A model generated the notes under the pieces. The model saw nothing but the letters and a program-made list of their open reading frames with translations. It was not told the DNA's origin and did not search any database. Both the position numbers and the translations under genes were made by a program. A DNA stretch of 63,898 nucleotides, counting the filler, from Reclinomonas americana ATCC 50394 (lineage: Eukaryota): NCBI GenBank assembly GCA_048213135.1. It is 5 parts of 3 records of this genome, joined end to end, with 100 filler letters (N's around TTAATTAATTAA, not from the genome) between each part and the next. Parts side by side here need not be neighbours in the genome. Positions count along the whole stretch, not along the records: positions 26,042 to 42,476 come from PS015359.1; positions 42,577 to 57,211 come from PS015359.1; 3 more parts are not named here. The stretch is one strand, 5' to 3'. Shown here piece after piece: positions 39,740 through 51,265 of this stretch. How positions within the stretch are numbered: position 1 is the first letter of the stretch; every line of letters begins with the position of its first letter.

Positions 39740-40488
39740 GACCGGCTCCTGCGGCTCAAGAGGCGCTTTTCCCAGGCGTAGAAGAGACCGTTGACGGTTC
39801 CGGCCACGAGCAGGACGAACAGGATCAGCGGATACATGATCTCGTTCTCGAAGTTGTTGTAGGCGAAGACGATCTCGTGCCCGATGCCGACGCGGGACAT
39901 GATGAACTCGGCTCCGATCACCCCGATGAAGGAGTAGGAGACCGCGAGCTTGACGCCCGTCGCGAGATAGGGCCCCGCATGGGGCAGGTAGATGCGCCTG
40001 GCGGCTTCCAGCGGGCTCATGCCGTAGACCGCCGCCGTCTTGTGCAGCACGCGCGGGATGCGGTCCAGCGCGTTGATCGTGTTCACCACGACCGCGACGA
40101 CCGCGAGCATGAAGCCGATGACGACCTGGGGCGCCTCCCCCACGCCGAAGATGGCGATCATCAGCGGATAGAACGCATAGACCGGCACGGCGTAATAGGC
40201 CGTGAAGAACGGCGCCATCGCGTCGGCCACGGCGCGCGAGCGCTGGACCGCGACCCCTACCGCGCTGCCGACGACGATCGCCGAGGCGCAGGCGATCGCG
40301 ATCTTGCCCAATGTCTGGGCGATCGCGGGCTGGACGCGACCGGAAAGCAGCAGGCGCCAGAGCCCGGCGACCATCTCGCTCGGAGGCGGCGCCACGAAAC
40401 GCGCGATGACGCCGGTGCGGGTGAGGAGTTCCAGCGCCAGGACGATCGCTGCAATCAGTGCGAGCCTTATGGCTGTCGCCCGCTTCAT
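39736..40488 (-). CDS. Nitrate/sulfonate-type ABC permease
   Basis: APPPSEM, IYLPHAGPYLATGVKLA, GAEFI. Confidence 0.88.
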   Translation of the reverse strand: MKRATAIRLALIAAIVLALELLTRTGVIARFVAPPPSEMVAGLWRLLLSGRVQPAIAQTLGKIAIACASAIVVGSAVGVAVQRSRAVADAMAPFFTAYYAVPVYAFYPLMIAIFGVGEAPQVVIGFMLAVVAVVVNTINALDRIPRVLHKTAAVYGMSPLEAARRIYLPHAGPYLATGVKLAVSYSFIGVIGAEFIMSRVGIGHEIVFAYNNFENEIMYPLILFVLLVAGTVNGLFYAWEKRLLSRRSRS

Positions 40489-40489
40489 G

Positions 40490-41332
40490 TCAGCCGGCCT
40501 TCTGCGAGAGCGCCGACATCGACTCGTCGCGCAGGCGGGTCCAGAGCCTCGCGGTGATCTCGCCGAAGCGCGGATCCGCGACGACGCGGCTGTCGCGATC
40601 CTTGCCCCAGGGCGTTTCGACGAGGTCGATGATCCTGCCCGGACGGGCCGACATGACGCCCACACGGTCGGCGAGCATCGCAGCCTCGTCCAAGGCATGG
40701 GTGATGAGCAGCACCGTCGCCCCGGTTTCCCGCCAGAGCTTGAGGAGTTCCTCGCCCATGATCAGGCGCGTCTGCTGGTCGAGCGCCCCGAAAGGCTCGT
40801 CGAGCAGGATCAGGCGCGGGCGCTGGACGAGGGTCCGGGCGATGCAGACCCTCTGGCGCATGCCGCCGGAGAGCTGGGCGGGATAGGCGGCGGCGAAGTC
40901 GCGCAGCCCCATGAAGGCCAGGGTGTCGTCGACCCGGCGCTTGACCTCGGCCGCGCCGAGCCCGGCCCGCCGGATGCCGAAGGCGACGTTGTCCGCGACG
41001 GTCAGCCAGGCGAAGGAGGCGTCCTCCTGGAAAACGACGCCCACTCCCTCGGGGACGGTCCGGCCGTCGAGCGGCCGCCCCTCGAAGGTGGCGGGCCGAG
41101 ACTGCCAAGGCACACAGGGGNNNNNNNNNNNNNNNNNNNNCCCGGCCACGATGTCGAACAATGTCGACTTGCCGCAGCCCGACGGGCCGACGACGGCGAA
41201 GAACTCTCCCCTGCGCAGGTCGAGGTCGATGGGTCCCAGGGCATTGACCCGGGTCCTGGGATCGGTTCCGAAGATCCGGGTCACTCCGCGCAATCCGATA
41301 TGGACGGCGGCGTCGGTCGCCGCGACGTTCAT
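40490..41332 (-). CDS. Nitrate/sulfonate-type ABC ATPase (small gap with adaptor inside)
   Basis: GPSGCGKST, LSGGMRQR, LDEPFGALD. Confidence 0.9.
   Translation of the reverse strand: MNVAATDAAVHIGLRGVTRIFGTDPRTRVNALGPIDLDLRRGEFFAVVGPSGCGKSTLFDIVAGXXXXXXXPCVPWQSRPATFEGRPLDGRTVPEGVGVVFQEDASFAWLTVADNVAFGIRRAGLGAAEVKRRVDDTLAFMGLRDFAAAYPAQLSGGMRQRVCIARTLVQRPRLILLDEPFGALDQQTRLIMGEELLKLWRETGATVLLITHALDEAAMLADRVGVMSARPGRIIDLVETPWGKDRDSRVVADPRFGEITARLWTRLRDESMSALSQKAG
41098..41120 (+). other. Untrimmed 454 adaptor B
   Basis: GAGACTGCCAAGGCACACAGGGG at a contig edge. Confidence 0.85.
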
Positions 41333-42316
41333 TTCAGGACGCGCTCGCCTTCGGGAAGGAAGCTCTCGTCGATCATCCGGCTCCAGTCGATGTCGCCATC
41401 CGCAGCTCCGACGAGGATCTGGGTCCGCCACATCTCCTTCAGCCCGACGAGATCGAACTTGCCCGTGCTCCAGTAGGGCAGCGCCCCCTTCGCGTCGTTC
41501 AGGTTCCTGACCGCCTGAAGCGCGACCGGCTGCTCCAGCTTGTAGACCTTCGCCACGATCGCCGCCGCCTCCTCCGGCCGCTCCTTCATGAAGGCGACGG
41601 CCTTCGCGCGGCCCGCGATGATCGCACGGAGGAAATCGCCGCGCTTGCCGGCCGCGGCCTGGGTCGTGACGCCGACGACGTTGCTCATCGGGGGGGAAGA
41701 GCTCGCTGGCCGTCGCGATGACCCGGTATTTTTCGCGATACTTGGAGAGCAGCGGCTCCGTCGCCGGGGCCACGTCGATGGCGCCGAGGTCGAGCGCGAC
41801 GAGGGCCTCGCCGAGCCCGCCGGTCATGACCAGCTCGACATCGGACGGCTTCAGGCCCGCCTTCTCCACGACCAGCATCGCGAGAGCCTGGCTGACGGAT
41901 CGCGGGCTGGAATAGCCGAGCTTGCGGCCCTTGATGTCCGCGATCGTCTTGATGGGGGAATCGGTCTTCACCATCCAACCGAATTCGGAGACGGTCTGGA
42001 CATTGTTGCTGATGATCTTCAAGGCCGCGCCCTGCCGGATCGCCGTCGCGACGGCGATGGGGCTCACCTCGGCATAGGCGATGTCCCCGGCCAGAAGGTT
42101 GCGCACGGTCGTGCCCCCGCCCTGCGAGGACAGGATTCCCGTGACCTTGCCTTCGAAGAAGCCCTTCTCCATCGCCACGGCGAAGGGCATGCCGCTGGCG
42201 GAGACGCCGTAGTTGCTGACGACGATCTCCTCGGCGCGCGCCGAGACCGCGCCGAGGGCGCATGCGGCCAGGGCCAGGGACAGGCATCGCCTGCGTAGTC
42301 TGCTCATGAAATGCAT
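41329..42316 (-). CDS. NMT1/SsuA-like ABC substrate-binding protein, frameshifted at the G7 run 41690-41696
   Basis: Signal peptide, AVAMEKGFF, IADIKGRKLG; removing one G joins the two ORFs (FPPMSNVVG). Confidence 0.8.
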
Positions 42317-42476
42317 CTTTTCCTCCCAGAGTTTCTTGTTTGAAGGCTTGCCGGCCGGCGTCAGATCTGGTCCGACCAGTACTCCCAGATGCGGGCGATG
42401 ACGGCTTCTGTCAGGTTGCTCCGGCTGGAAAGCTCGATCTCGCCGCTCGTCAGCGGCGACAGGGGCGCGATGCTTG

Positions 42477-42576
42477 NNNNNNNNNNNNNNNNNNNNNNNN
42501 NNNNNNNNNNNNNNNNNNNNTTAATTAATTAANNNNNNNNNNNNNNNNNNNNNNNNNNNNNNNNNNNNNNNNNNNN
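42477..42576. other. Artificial scaffold linker
   Basis: N44-TTAATTAATTAA-N44. Confidence 0.95.
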
Positions 42577-42921
42577 AACGGAAAGGTCGCGACCGCGACG
42601 CTGGACGACACGCCCGCCGCCCGCGACTTCGCGTCCTTGCTACCGCTGTCCCTCACCCTGACCGATTATGCCTCGACCGAGAAGGTCAGCAGCCTCCCAC
42701 GACGCCTGTCGCAAGAGGATGCGCCGGCCGGCCACGATCCTGCGGCCGGCGACATCACCTACTACGCGCCATGGGGAAACCTTGCGATCTTCTATCGCGA
42801 TTTCGGCTATTCGCCCAGCCTGATCAGGCTCGGAACCATCGATAGCGGAATCGAGGCGCTGCACCAGTCCGGCTCTCTCCAGACGACGATCGAGGTCGTC
42901 GCACCGCGGAGAGGCCGCTGA
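42577..42921 (+). CDS. Cyclophilin-like fold protein (5'-truncated)
   Basis: TLDDTPAARDFASLLPL, GDITYYAPWGNLAIFY. Confidence 0.8.
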   Translation, partial: NGKVATATLDDTPAARDFASLLPLSLTLTDYASTEKVSSLPRRLSQEDAPAGHDPAAGDITYYAPWGNLAIFYRDFGYSPSLIRLGTIDSGIEALHQSGSLQTTIEVVAPRRGR

Positions 42922-43307
42922 TGACATGGGTGAAGGACGACATCGAGAAGATCGCCACGACGGATGACCTGCACATCGCGCCGTTCCGCGAGGATGGCAG
43001 GACCCATGGCACGCCGACCTGGATCTGGTCGGTCGTGGTGGACGGCGGGCTCTATGTGCGCGCCTATAATGGCCGGAATTCGCGCTGGTACAAGGCGGCG
43101 GTGAAGCAAAGGGCCGGCCGGATCGCCGCCGCCGGCATGACCAGGGATGTCGCCTTCGAGCCCGTCGACGGACCGATCGGCGGGCGCATCGACGACGCCT
43201 ACAGGGCCAAATATGCCGGCAGCTCGTATCTCGGTTCGATGGTCTCGGAGCGCGCCCGCGCGGCCACCATAAGGATCATGCCGCGCGGGGACATTGAAAA
43301 GGACTGA
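42921..43307 (+). CDS. DUF2255 family protein
   Basis: [30 protein letters not shown]. Confidence 0.8.
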   Translation: MTWVKDDIEKIATTDDLHIAPFREDGRTHGTPTWIWSVVVDGGLYVRAYNGRNSRWYKAAVKQRAGRIAAAGMTRDVAFEPVDGPIGGRIDDAYRAKYAGSSYLGSMVSERARAATIRIMPRGDIEKD

Positions 43308-43309
43308 AC

Positions 43310-44047
43310 ATGGCACAGGGTATCGAAAACAAGATCGTCGTCATCACCGGCGCCAGCAGCGGGCTGGGAGCCGAGACCGCCCGCCATCTGAAGAAAGGTG
43401 GAGCGAAGGTCGTGCTCGGCGCGCGTCGCCTCGACCGGCTCAAGGGACTCGCCAGCGAATTGGGCCTCGACGCGAAGGCGGTTCTCAAGACCGACGTTAC
43501 GGATCGCGATCAGGTCAAGGCGCTCGTCGATCGCGCCATCGAGCTGCATGGCCGCATCGACGTGATCCTCAACAATGCCGGCCTGATGCCGAGCTCGATG
43601 CTTGACAAGCTTAAGATTGACGAATGGGACCAGATGGTCGACGTCAACATCAAAGGCGTGCTCTACGGCATTGCCGCGGTTCTGCCCCACATGCAGAAGC
43701 AGAAGTCCGGCCAGATCATCAACGTCTCGTCGGTGGCCGGCCACAAGGTCGGCCCGGGCGGCTCGGTCTACGCCGGCACGAAATGGGCGGTGCGGGCGAT
43801 CTCGGAGGGACTGCGCCAGGAGGTCAAGCCCTGGAACATCCGCACCACGATCGTCTCCCCCGGCGCGGTCGCGACGGAGCTGACGGAGACGATCACCGAC
43901 CAGGATGTCGCAGCCGGCATGAAGCAGGTCTATGAGGAGGCGATCCCGGCGAGTTCCTTCGCCCGTGTCGTGGCCTTCGCCATCAGCCAGCCCGACGACG
44001 TGGATATCAACGAAATCCTCTTCCGCCCCACCAGCCAGCTCTACTGA
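43310..44047 (+). CDS. SDR oxidoreductase
   Basis: [17 protein letters not shown]. Confidence 0.92.
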   Translation: MAQGIENKIVVITGASSGLGAETARHLKKGGAKVVLGARRLDRLKGLASELGLDAKAVLKTDVTDRDQVKALVDRAIELHGRIDVILNNAGLMPSSMLDKLKIDEWDQMVDVNIKGVLYGIAAVLPHMQKQKSGQIINVSSVAGHKVGPGGSVYAGTKWAVRAISEGLRQEVKPWNIRTTIVSPGAVATELTETITDQDVAAGMKQVYEEAIPASSFARVVAFAISQPDDVDINEILFRPTSQLY

Positions 44048-44135
44048 GCAGCGCTCGTTTCGGCGCGGAATAGCCTGTGCGGCTTGCCCATCGCAGGCGG
44101 CGTCGGCACGGATATCTTCGTAGGAGAGATCGCGT

Positions 44136-45380
44136 ATGAAGACTCGGCTTCTGGCGGCGGCCGTGTCGCTTCTGACGATCGGCGGCTCCGCTCCCGCGCC
44201 CCTATGGGCTCAGGACGCCACGCCGATCCGCGATCGCGGCCAGCGGGGCTGGACGCACAGCGTCGTGGCCGACGAGCTGGACTATCCGTGGGACATTGTG
44301 CGCGACGGGGACCAGCTGATCCTGACCGAAAAGGCGGGCTCGATCGTCATGCTGGGAGCCGGCGGGCCGAGGCGTTTCAGGCTCGATACCTCCGTGGCGC
44401 TGCGCAACGATGGCGGCGCCGGGCTTCTCGGCATTGCGCTCGCTCCGGATTTTGCCGGAACGGGCCGCGCCTTCCTCTACTATTCCTATGCGAACGGCAC
44501 GGCGCCCCTAAACCGGGTCATCGCGGCGCACTTCGATGGCAATGCTTGGCGCGAAACCGGCGTGCTCGTCGACGCCATCCCCGGTCATCGTCTCTACAAC
44601 GGCGGGCGTATCGCGATCGGACCGGATGGGTACCTTTATGTGACGACGGGCTGGACGGAGAACCGCGCGCGGCCGCAGGATCTGTCCAGCCTCGCGGGCA
44701 AGGTTCTGCGGCTCGCCCTCGACGGAACGGCCCCTGCCGACAATCCCTTCGGCAGCTCGCTCGTCTACTCCTATGGCCATCGCAATCCGCAAGGGCTCGC
44801 CTGGAACGAAGCCGGAGAACTCTTCGTCGCCGAGCACGGCCAATCGGGCCTCGACGAGATCAACATCGTTCGCGCCGGCGGCAATTACGGCTGGCCGGCG
44901 ATTTCCGGAGACGAGACCCGCGAGGGCATGGAGCCGCCCTTCCTGCATTCCGGCAGCGCCACATGGGCGCCCGCCGGCATCGCCTTTGCTGGCGGGGAAC
45001 TGCTGCTGACGGCTCTTCAAGGTCGCGGGCTCTATGTGCTCGATCGTGCGGGCAGACGGCTGTCGCCAGTCTTCGACACCGGAGAGCGCTACCGCCACGT
45101 GCTTCCCGTTGACGGCGACCTCTATGTGATCACCACCAACCGCTCGCCGCGGGGGCAAGGACCGTCGAAGGACAGGCTGCTCAGGCTGTCCCGGCCTCGT
45201 GAGAGGCGACATGCCGCCAGCGATCCGGCAAGTCCTTCACGATGGCCGTCAGGTCGAGATGGCCCGCGGCCGAGCGGAACGTCACCTCTGTCGCGGACTG
45301 CATTGATGAAAAGACCTCATAGGTTCATGCGGGATTCCCTATCTAATCTCACGGAGTTCTCGATGATAGTTGTTTCATAA
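44136..45380 (+). CDS. PQQ-dependent sugar dehydrogenase (GSDH family); true 3' end may be near 45200
   Basis: LDYPWD, GLLGIALAPDF, NGGRIAIGPDG, YGHRNPQG, GGNYGWP. Confidence 0.85.
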   Translation: MKTRLLAAAVSLLTIGGSAPAPLWAQDATPIRDRGQRGWTHSVVADELDYPWDIVRDGDQLILTEKAGSIVMLGAGGPRRFRLDTSVALRNDGGAGLLGIALAPDFAGTGRAFLYYSYANGTAPLNRVIAAHFDGNAWRETGVLVDAIPGHRLYNGGRIAIGPDGYLYVTTGWTENRARPQDLSSLAGKVLRLALDGTAPADNPFGSSLVYSYGHRNPQGLAWNEAGELFVAEHGQSGLDEINIVRAGGNYGWPAISGDETREGMEPPFLHSGSATWAPAGIAFAGGELLLTALQGRGLYVLDRAGRRLSPVFDTGERYRHVLPVDGDLYVITTNRSPRGQGPSKDRLLRLSRPRERRHAASDPASPSRWPSGRDGPRPSGTSPLSRTALMKRPHRFMRDSLSNLTEFSMIVVS

Positions 45381-45574
45381 ATATTCTCCGGAGATTCGAA
45401 AATTAGTGTCACGCTTGGGGTAAATAGATCTATTCCAGAAAGAATATAGTTATTTACCTTCGATAATTTCCAACTTGTTGAATTTATTTTAATTGAGTTG
45501 GGCCGACAGTAATTCATTCGCTGCCGGCAAAGAAGAGACGCTTCACGCTTTCCGTGATTTTGAAAGGAAACACG

Positions 45575-46045
45575 ATGAAGGACAGCATCGCCGCGGCCAT
45601 CGCATCTCTTGTGCTCCTGAGCGGCGTATCCGCCCATGCCCAGAGCATCCGGATCACGCCGAACGGCTCGACACCCTCGGCTATCGGGGCGCCCGCGAAT
45701 TTTTCGGGCCATGTCGTCGTCGATCCGCTCTTTCCGGCGACCGACGAGACGCGCGCGACGACCGGCCTTGTCGCCTTCGCGCCGGGTGCGCGGACCGCGT
45801 GGCATACCCATCCGGCAGGCCAGTTGCTGATCGTCGCCGTCGGCAAGGGCTGGGTCCAGGAGGAAGGCCAGCCGCGCCGCGAGATCAATCCGGGCGACGT
45901 CGTCTGGATCCCCGCCGACGTCAAGCACTGGCACGGCGCGACCGACAGCAACGGCATGAGTCATATCGCGGTTTCGTATATGCGCGACGGCAAGAACGTC
46001 GACTGGATGGAGCTGGTCACCGACGAGCAGTACAACGCTCGATAG
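45575..46045 (+). CDS. Secreted cupin domain protein
   Basis: FAPGARTAWHTHPAGQ, PGDVVWIPADVKHWHGA. Confidence 0.9.
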   Translation: MKDSIAAAIASLVLLSGVSAHAQSIRITPNGSTPSAIGAPANFSGHVVVDPLFPATDETRATTGLVAFAPGARTAWHTHPAGQLLIVAVGKGWVQEEGQPRREINPGDVVWIPADVKHWHGATDSNGMSHIAVSYMRDGKNVDWMELVTDEQYNAR

Positions 46046-46057
46046 CAGGGTCGACCG

Positions 46058-46191
46058 ATGCTCCATATCGTCATCAAGATGATTTCCGGCCGTTCGAACG
46101 ACCAGAAGCACGAGGCTGCCGGAGCGCCAGCGCGCTCGTAAGCGCGCCGGGGATCGACGAGACGACCGTCTCTCTGGCGGTCGAGGAATAA
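46058..46191 (+). pseudogene. 4-oxalocrotonate tautomerase family relic
   Basis: MLHIVIKMISGRSNDQK...(shift)GIDETTVSLAVEE; the catalytic Pro-1 is absent. Confidence 0.55.
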
Positions 46192-46715
46192 GCCAAGGCC
46201 GTCGATCTCTCTGGTCGGGCGGCGCTCGCTACCACCTTGAACGAACTGGAGCCGCTGGTCCGTCCATGCCACCGATGCCCGCCGCGTCGAGCGTCTTGGG
46301 GGGCTCGATATCGACAACGCACGAGATGCGGCGGGCTGCACGTCGATCCGGCCGAGCAGATCGCCGAGGCGATGGTGCTCTTCCTTCCCGAGGGAACGTG
46401 CATCGTTCTGCTCGGCAGCCGCACAGCGGCGGGTTCGCCGGGTTGCGCGCAGTACGCCGCGACCAGGGCCGTCGTGTAGGCATGGAGCGCTCCTTCGCGA
46501 TCGAACCGGCTCTCCGGACACTGGCAATGGCACCACGATCAGCCATGGCACCTGGACGCACAAAATTGGCACCTGACGCGCGTTAAGTGGCTGCATTTTG
46601 GGAAGATATTAGCGGGATAACGAGCATCTGGATCGTAGAAGGCCCCTTTCGCACCGCATGTGGTCGCTTCAGACCGGACCGCAAAGGTGGGCCGACGCGG
46701 AATTGCGAGAGGCCG

Positions 46716-48218
46716 CGGATTCCACCGGAACCGGCCGTCAAGCGCGTCGCGCTTTGGCGGAAGCTCAAGGCCACGGGCTCGATCTATCTCCAGAGCGGCG
46801 TCTGCCTGCTGCCGAGGACCGACGATCATCTGCGCAGCCTGAAGGTCGTCGAGAACGAGATCGAGGCGGCTGGCGGAGAGGCGGTGCTGCCGGAAACCGT
46901 CGGCCTCGACCGGGCCCAGGAGGACAAGGTCGTCGGCCGCTTCACGGCCGATCGCGACGAGGCCTATCGTGAGCTCATCGACAAATGCGCGGATTTCGAA
47001 GCGGAGATCGCCAAGGAAACCGCGGCCGAGCACTTCACCTANNNNNNNNNNNNNNNNNNNNNNNNNNNNNNNNNNNNNNNNNNNNNNNNNNNNNNNNNNN
47101 NNNNNNNNNNNNNNNNNNNNNNNNNNNNNNNNNNNNNNNNNNNNNNNNNNNNNNNNNNNNNNNNNNNNNNNNNNNNNNNNNNNNNNNNNNNNNNNNNNNN
47201 NNNNNNNNNNNNNNNNNNNNNNNNNNNNNNNNNNNNNNNNNNNNNNNNNNNNNNNNNNNNNNNNNNNNNNNNNNNNNNNNNNNNNNNNNNNNNNNNNNNN
47301 NNNNNNNNNNNNNNNNNNNNNNNNNNNNNNNNNNNNNNNNNNNNNNNNNNNNNNNNNNNNNNNNNNNNNNNNNNNNNNNNNNNNNNNNNNNNNNNNNNNN
47401 NNNNNNNNNNNNNNNNNNNNNNNNNNNNNNNNNNNNNNNNNNNNNNNNNNNNNNNNNNNNNNNNNNNNNNNNNNNNNNNNNNNNNNNNNNNNNNNNNNNN
47501 NNNNNNNNNNNNNNNNNNNNNNNNNNNNNNNNNNNNNNNNNNNNNNNNNNNNNNNNNNNNNNNNNNNNNNNNNNNNNNNNNNNNNNNNNNNNNNNNNNNN
47601 NNNNNNNNNNNNNNNNNNNNNNNNNNNNNNNNNNNNNNNNNNNNNNNNNNNNNNNNNNNNNNNNNNNNNNNNNNNNNNNNNNNNNNNNNNNNNNNNNNNN
47701 NNNNNNNNNNNNNNNNNNNNNNNNNNNNNNNNNNNNNNNNNNNNNNNNNNNNNNNNNNNNNNNNNNNNNNNNNNNNNNNNNNNNNNNNNNNNNNNNNNNN
47801 NNNNNNNNNNNNNNNNNNNNNNNNNNNNNNNNNNNNNNNNNNNNNNNNNNNNNNNNNNNNNNNNNNNNNNNNNNNNNNNNNNNNNNNNNNNNNNNNNNNN
47901 NNNNNNNNNNNNNNNNNNNNNNNNNNNNNNNNNNNNNNNNNNNNNNNNNGTCCAATTTTGGAAAATATCTCTGCTGTACCGTACATCCGCCTTGGCCTAT
48001 GCCGAGCTCGAGGAAAACGACGAGAATCTCGAAAAGCTGAAAAGCCGGCTCGCCAAGATCCGCAGGCTCGATTTCTACCACGCCCCCCTGTTGGCCGAAA
48101 CGGCCACCCGCCACGCCCATCGCGCAGCGCTGCTCGAAGACTACGCCAGCGCGTATTCGACGCTCACGAGGAAAATCGCTCCTCAGCCCCGGCGCGCAAT
48201 CCCAAGAATCCGCCATGA
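46716..48218 (+). pseudogene. chrB: ChrB-like (chromate resistance) protein split by a probably spurious gap, 5' end missing
   Basis: PPEPAVKRVALWRKLKATGSIYLQSGVCLLP...EHFT before the gap continues as YAELEENDENLEKLKSRLAKIRRLDF after it. Confidence 0.7.
47971..47997 (+). other. SOLiD/Ion mate-pair internal adaptor
   Basis: CTGCTGTACCGTACATCCGCCTTGGCC; the preceding 21 bp are identical to 50979-50999. Confidence 0.85.
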
Positions 48219-48800
48219 CCGCTGTACCGCCCGGCCTGCGACGCGCCGTTCTGATCGTCGCGCCGCTGAATCTTGCCTATTTCGGCGTCGAATTCGCCGT
48301 GGCGCTTGCCATCGGCTCGGTCTCGCTGTTCGCCGAGAGCGCCGACTTCCTCGAGGACGCCGCCATCAACCTCCTGATCGTCGTTGCGCTCGGCTGAAGC
48401 GCGGTGCGCCGGGCACAGGTCGGCATGGTCCTGTCGGCCATCCTGCTGATGCCGTCGCCTTGCTTTGGACGCTCTGGCAGAAGTTCAATGTGCCAGCCCC
48501 CTCCCGCGGCTGTTCCGCTCATGGTGACGGGGCCTCGGCGCGCTCGCCCTCAGCCTGATCTCGGCGTTTCTGCTGGCGAGCTACCGTCATCACAGCGGCA
48601 GCCTGACCAAGGCAGCCTTCCTGTCGGCGCGCAACGATGCCCTCGCCATCGTCATCGCCGGCATCGCGACGCTCTATCTGAATTCGATCTGGCCCGGCGT
48701 CATCGGCCTTGGCATCGCCTTCATGAATCTCGACGCCGCGCGTGAGGTCTGGGCCGCCGGGCGTGACGAGCATCGTCTCGCCCGGACAGAAGCCTAGGAG
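48215..48800 (+). pseudogene. Cation-efflux (CDF-like) transporter pseudogene
   Basis: LNLAYFGVEF..GSVSLFAESADFLEDA, in-frame TGA at 48395, later AAFLSARNDAL in a shifted frame. Confidence 0.75.
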
Positions 48801-48807
48801 CGCGCCG

Positions 48808-49060
48808 ATGATCCGAGTCATGAGCCACAATACCTTGTTCGGCGGCTTCGATGGCGATCACGGGCGGCGCTTCGACCTGCAGGTCAGCTCATCCGCGATG
48901 CCGATCCCGACGTGCTGCTGGCTTCGCGCCCTTCCGCTGCGACTATCTCATGTCGACGGCCGCACTGGTTGATCGGGTTCGGCAAATGAGGTGCTACGAT
49001 GCACGCGCCGACGAAGCCTCGGATCACTATCCGATGCTTGCGAGATCCTGGATATGCATA
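48808..49060 (+). pseudogene. Endonuclease/exonuclease/phosphatase relic with internal deletion
   Basis: MIRVMSHN, DADPDVLL, RCDYL and ASDHYP motifs compressed into about 250 bp. Confidence 0.6.
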
Positions 49061-49554
49061 GTCAAGTCTGGCAAAAAACGGCCTCTTGACCCTGCCTTAT
49101 CCTGATTGCGGACGTCATTCAATTGCTCTTCCCCAAAGCGATTGGACGCTATCGATGAAGACGTGCCTTGAGCCAGCGCTGAGATGTCGGACCGACGAAA
49201 CCTGTCAGCTGGCTTTCCGACACCGTCCTTTGGTTTTCTGTGAAGCCATCTTTCTTGCTTCATCCGAATGAAGTCAGCCCTTTACGACTACTTCCCGATT
49301 AAACTGGCGAGCTTCATCCGATAGATGGACTGGACTGCTTTGGCGCTTATCGTGTTTGCCGGCACCGTTGCCATTATTGCCCCGGCTCGTTCTGCGCGGG
49401 GTCCAGATCGTGTCCATCGCGGTGAGTGACATCCTGCCGCGATCGCCGCCCGAACATAGCCGAAACCAACCGGCAAATTTTCGAATGTCTGCCGTCCGAT
49501 TTGTCCGGCAGACATTCGGGTCTTCCTTTTATCGCCGAAGATCGAGCGCGACAG

Positions 49555-50816
49555 TCAGGCCAGAAGCCGTTTACGCCTCGCCCAGTCGATCACGGCATTA
49601 ACGGCTTGCTGCGATTTTTCGGGTTGTTGCGCGTAGTAGTGGCTGGCGCCCTCGATCAGGACGTACTCCTTGTCGGGCGTTTTGAGAGCAGCCCTGACCG
49701 TCTTGATGTGAGTCGTCGGCACGGCGTCGTCAGCACCGTTCTCGACTTGCAGGACCGGCACCTGACCGATCAGAGGGGCGTTCACGGTCGCCTTCGTCTG
49801 GGTTCGGTCATAGCTCCACTGACTCAGCCACGAGCGCAGCGAGGTATAGCGCGCGAGGCCGTTCACCCCGACGTTCACGGTGCGCGGATCACCCTGATAG
49901 GACCAGTTCAGCGGACGGCCGTTCGGATCAATCGTCGTATCGATCCAGCGCACGTCGCACATGGTGCGATGGACGATGAACCCGCGCTCGAGTTCGGCGC
50001 CGCCCCGCTTCCTGAGCGTGTCGAGCCATTCGTCCGCATAGGCCGTGATGCGGGCGTTGCGTGCGCGCTGAGCCGCTCTGAACGCTTTGACAAAATCCGG
50101 CGTGAAAGGTGGCTTGTTGGGACAGTCGGGATTGTAGATGTCGAATTCCAGGTCCCGCGCGTCCGGATTCGTCTCGTCTTTGACGGACGGGTCGAGCCAC
50201 TCGGTCAGAACCTCGGCCCGGGACATGTGCGCCGCGATGAAGACGATGCCGTCGGCCTTCGGGAGATTGGCCTCCGCAAGGTTGACCTTGTCACCGGCCG
50301 GAGTCTGGCGGATCGACGGATTTTCCGCCTGGGCCTGGTAGAAGAGCGACAGCGAGCCACCGCCCGACCAACCGACGAGGATCACCTTCTCGTAGCCCGC
50401 CGAATGGGCCCAATCGACCCACGCTCCCATATCGAGAGCAACCTTCTCCATGATGAGAGCCGTGTCGTTCTGCGGGTACCGGCTGGCGCCACACAGGACA
50501 TGAACTCCCGCATCGGCCAAGGCTGCCGGGAAGGGCAGGTATTGCAGGAGACCTGCCGGATGCATGGGTGAGGAATACGGTACCGGGACTTGGCGCCCGT
50601 CGGCGCCAGGAGCTGGCCGTATAGTTCGATCGTCTTTCCGGCCTGGAAGTTATACGTTTCCTTGAAGGGCGAATCGTCGGCTACGCGGGCGACGACGGGC
50701 TGCCTTTGCCACTTGGATGGAGGGGGCGAGGTCTGGGCTCCAGCCCGGCCGAAAAGCGGGGCGGCTGAAGCCAGTAGACCGCCTCCAAGCAGAATGCGTC
50801 TCCGATTCTCAAGCAT
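49555..50816 (-). CDS. Tat-exported alpha/beta hydrolase, frameshifted near 50565-50590
   Basis: NRRRILLGGG Tat signal in ORF 50382-50816; GWSGGG and IEGASHY in ORF 49555-50565. Confidence 0.8.
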
Positions 50817-51265
50817 CGTGTTCCTCCTTCTTGCTCATGACGCTCCTCCATAGTTTTGATTATTTCGTAGTTTGTAAACATTCTAGTGATTATCTGTATT
50901 TACATATGAAAATCAAACATAATTCCATCTTTACTCGATGTATTCAGAAATGAATGCGGATTGAAAATTGTTAATACCGTCCAATTTTGGAAAATATCTT
51001 AACACTCTGTCAAGAATAGCTTTCTTTGCGGGCACAGGTCCTCAACAACGATGAAAAACGCTTGTTTGACCAGGATTTGGTCTCAAGCACTTTCCGCGCG
51101 CTTCGCAGCTTATGGCAACCATGCAATCCTTGCGCGATCCGCACAAAGACTTCCTCGGCATGGGAGGGAGATGCCAACTGTTTAGTCTAGCCAGTGGACG
51201 GGTACTCCGCCCGCACCGGTACAAACCCGGCGCTTCACTGGATGGGTTTCTCACCACCGTGCACA

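Noticed and set aside
40490..42316. 608-aa SBP-ATPase fusion ORF
   Set aside because: Produced by one extra G in a homopolymer; the two genes have a normal ATGA overlap at 41329-41332.
47950..50999. 21-bp direct repeat GTCCAATTTTGGAAAATATCT as an IS end or operator pair
   Set aside because: The first copy sits at a contig edge joined to a mate-pair adaptor, so it is a library artefact.
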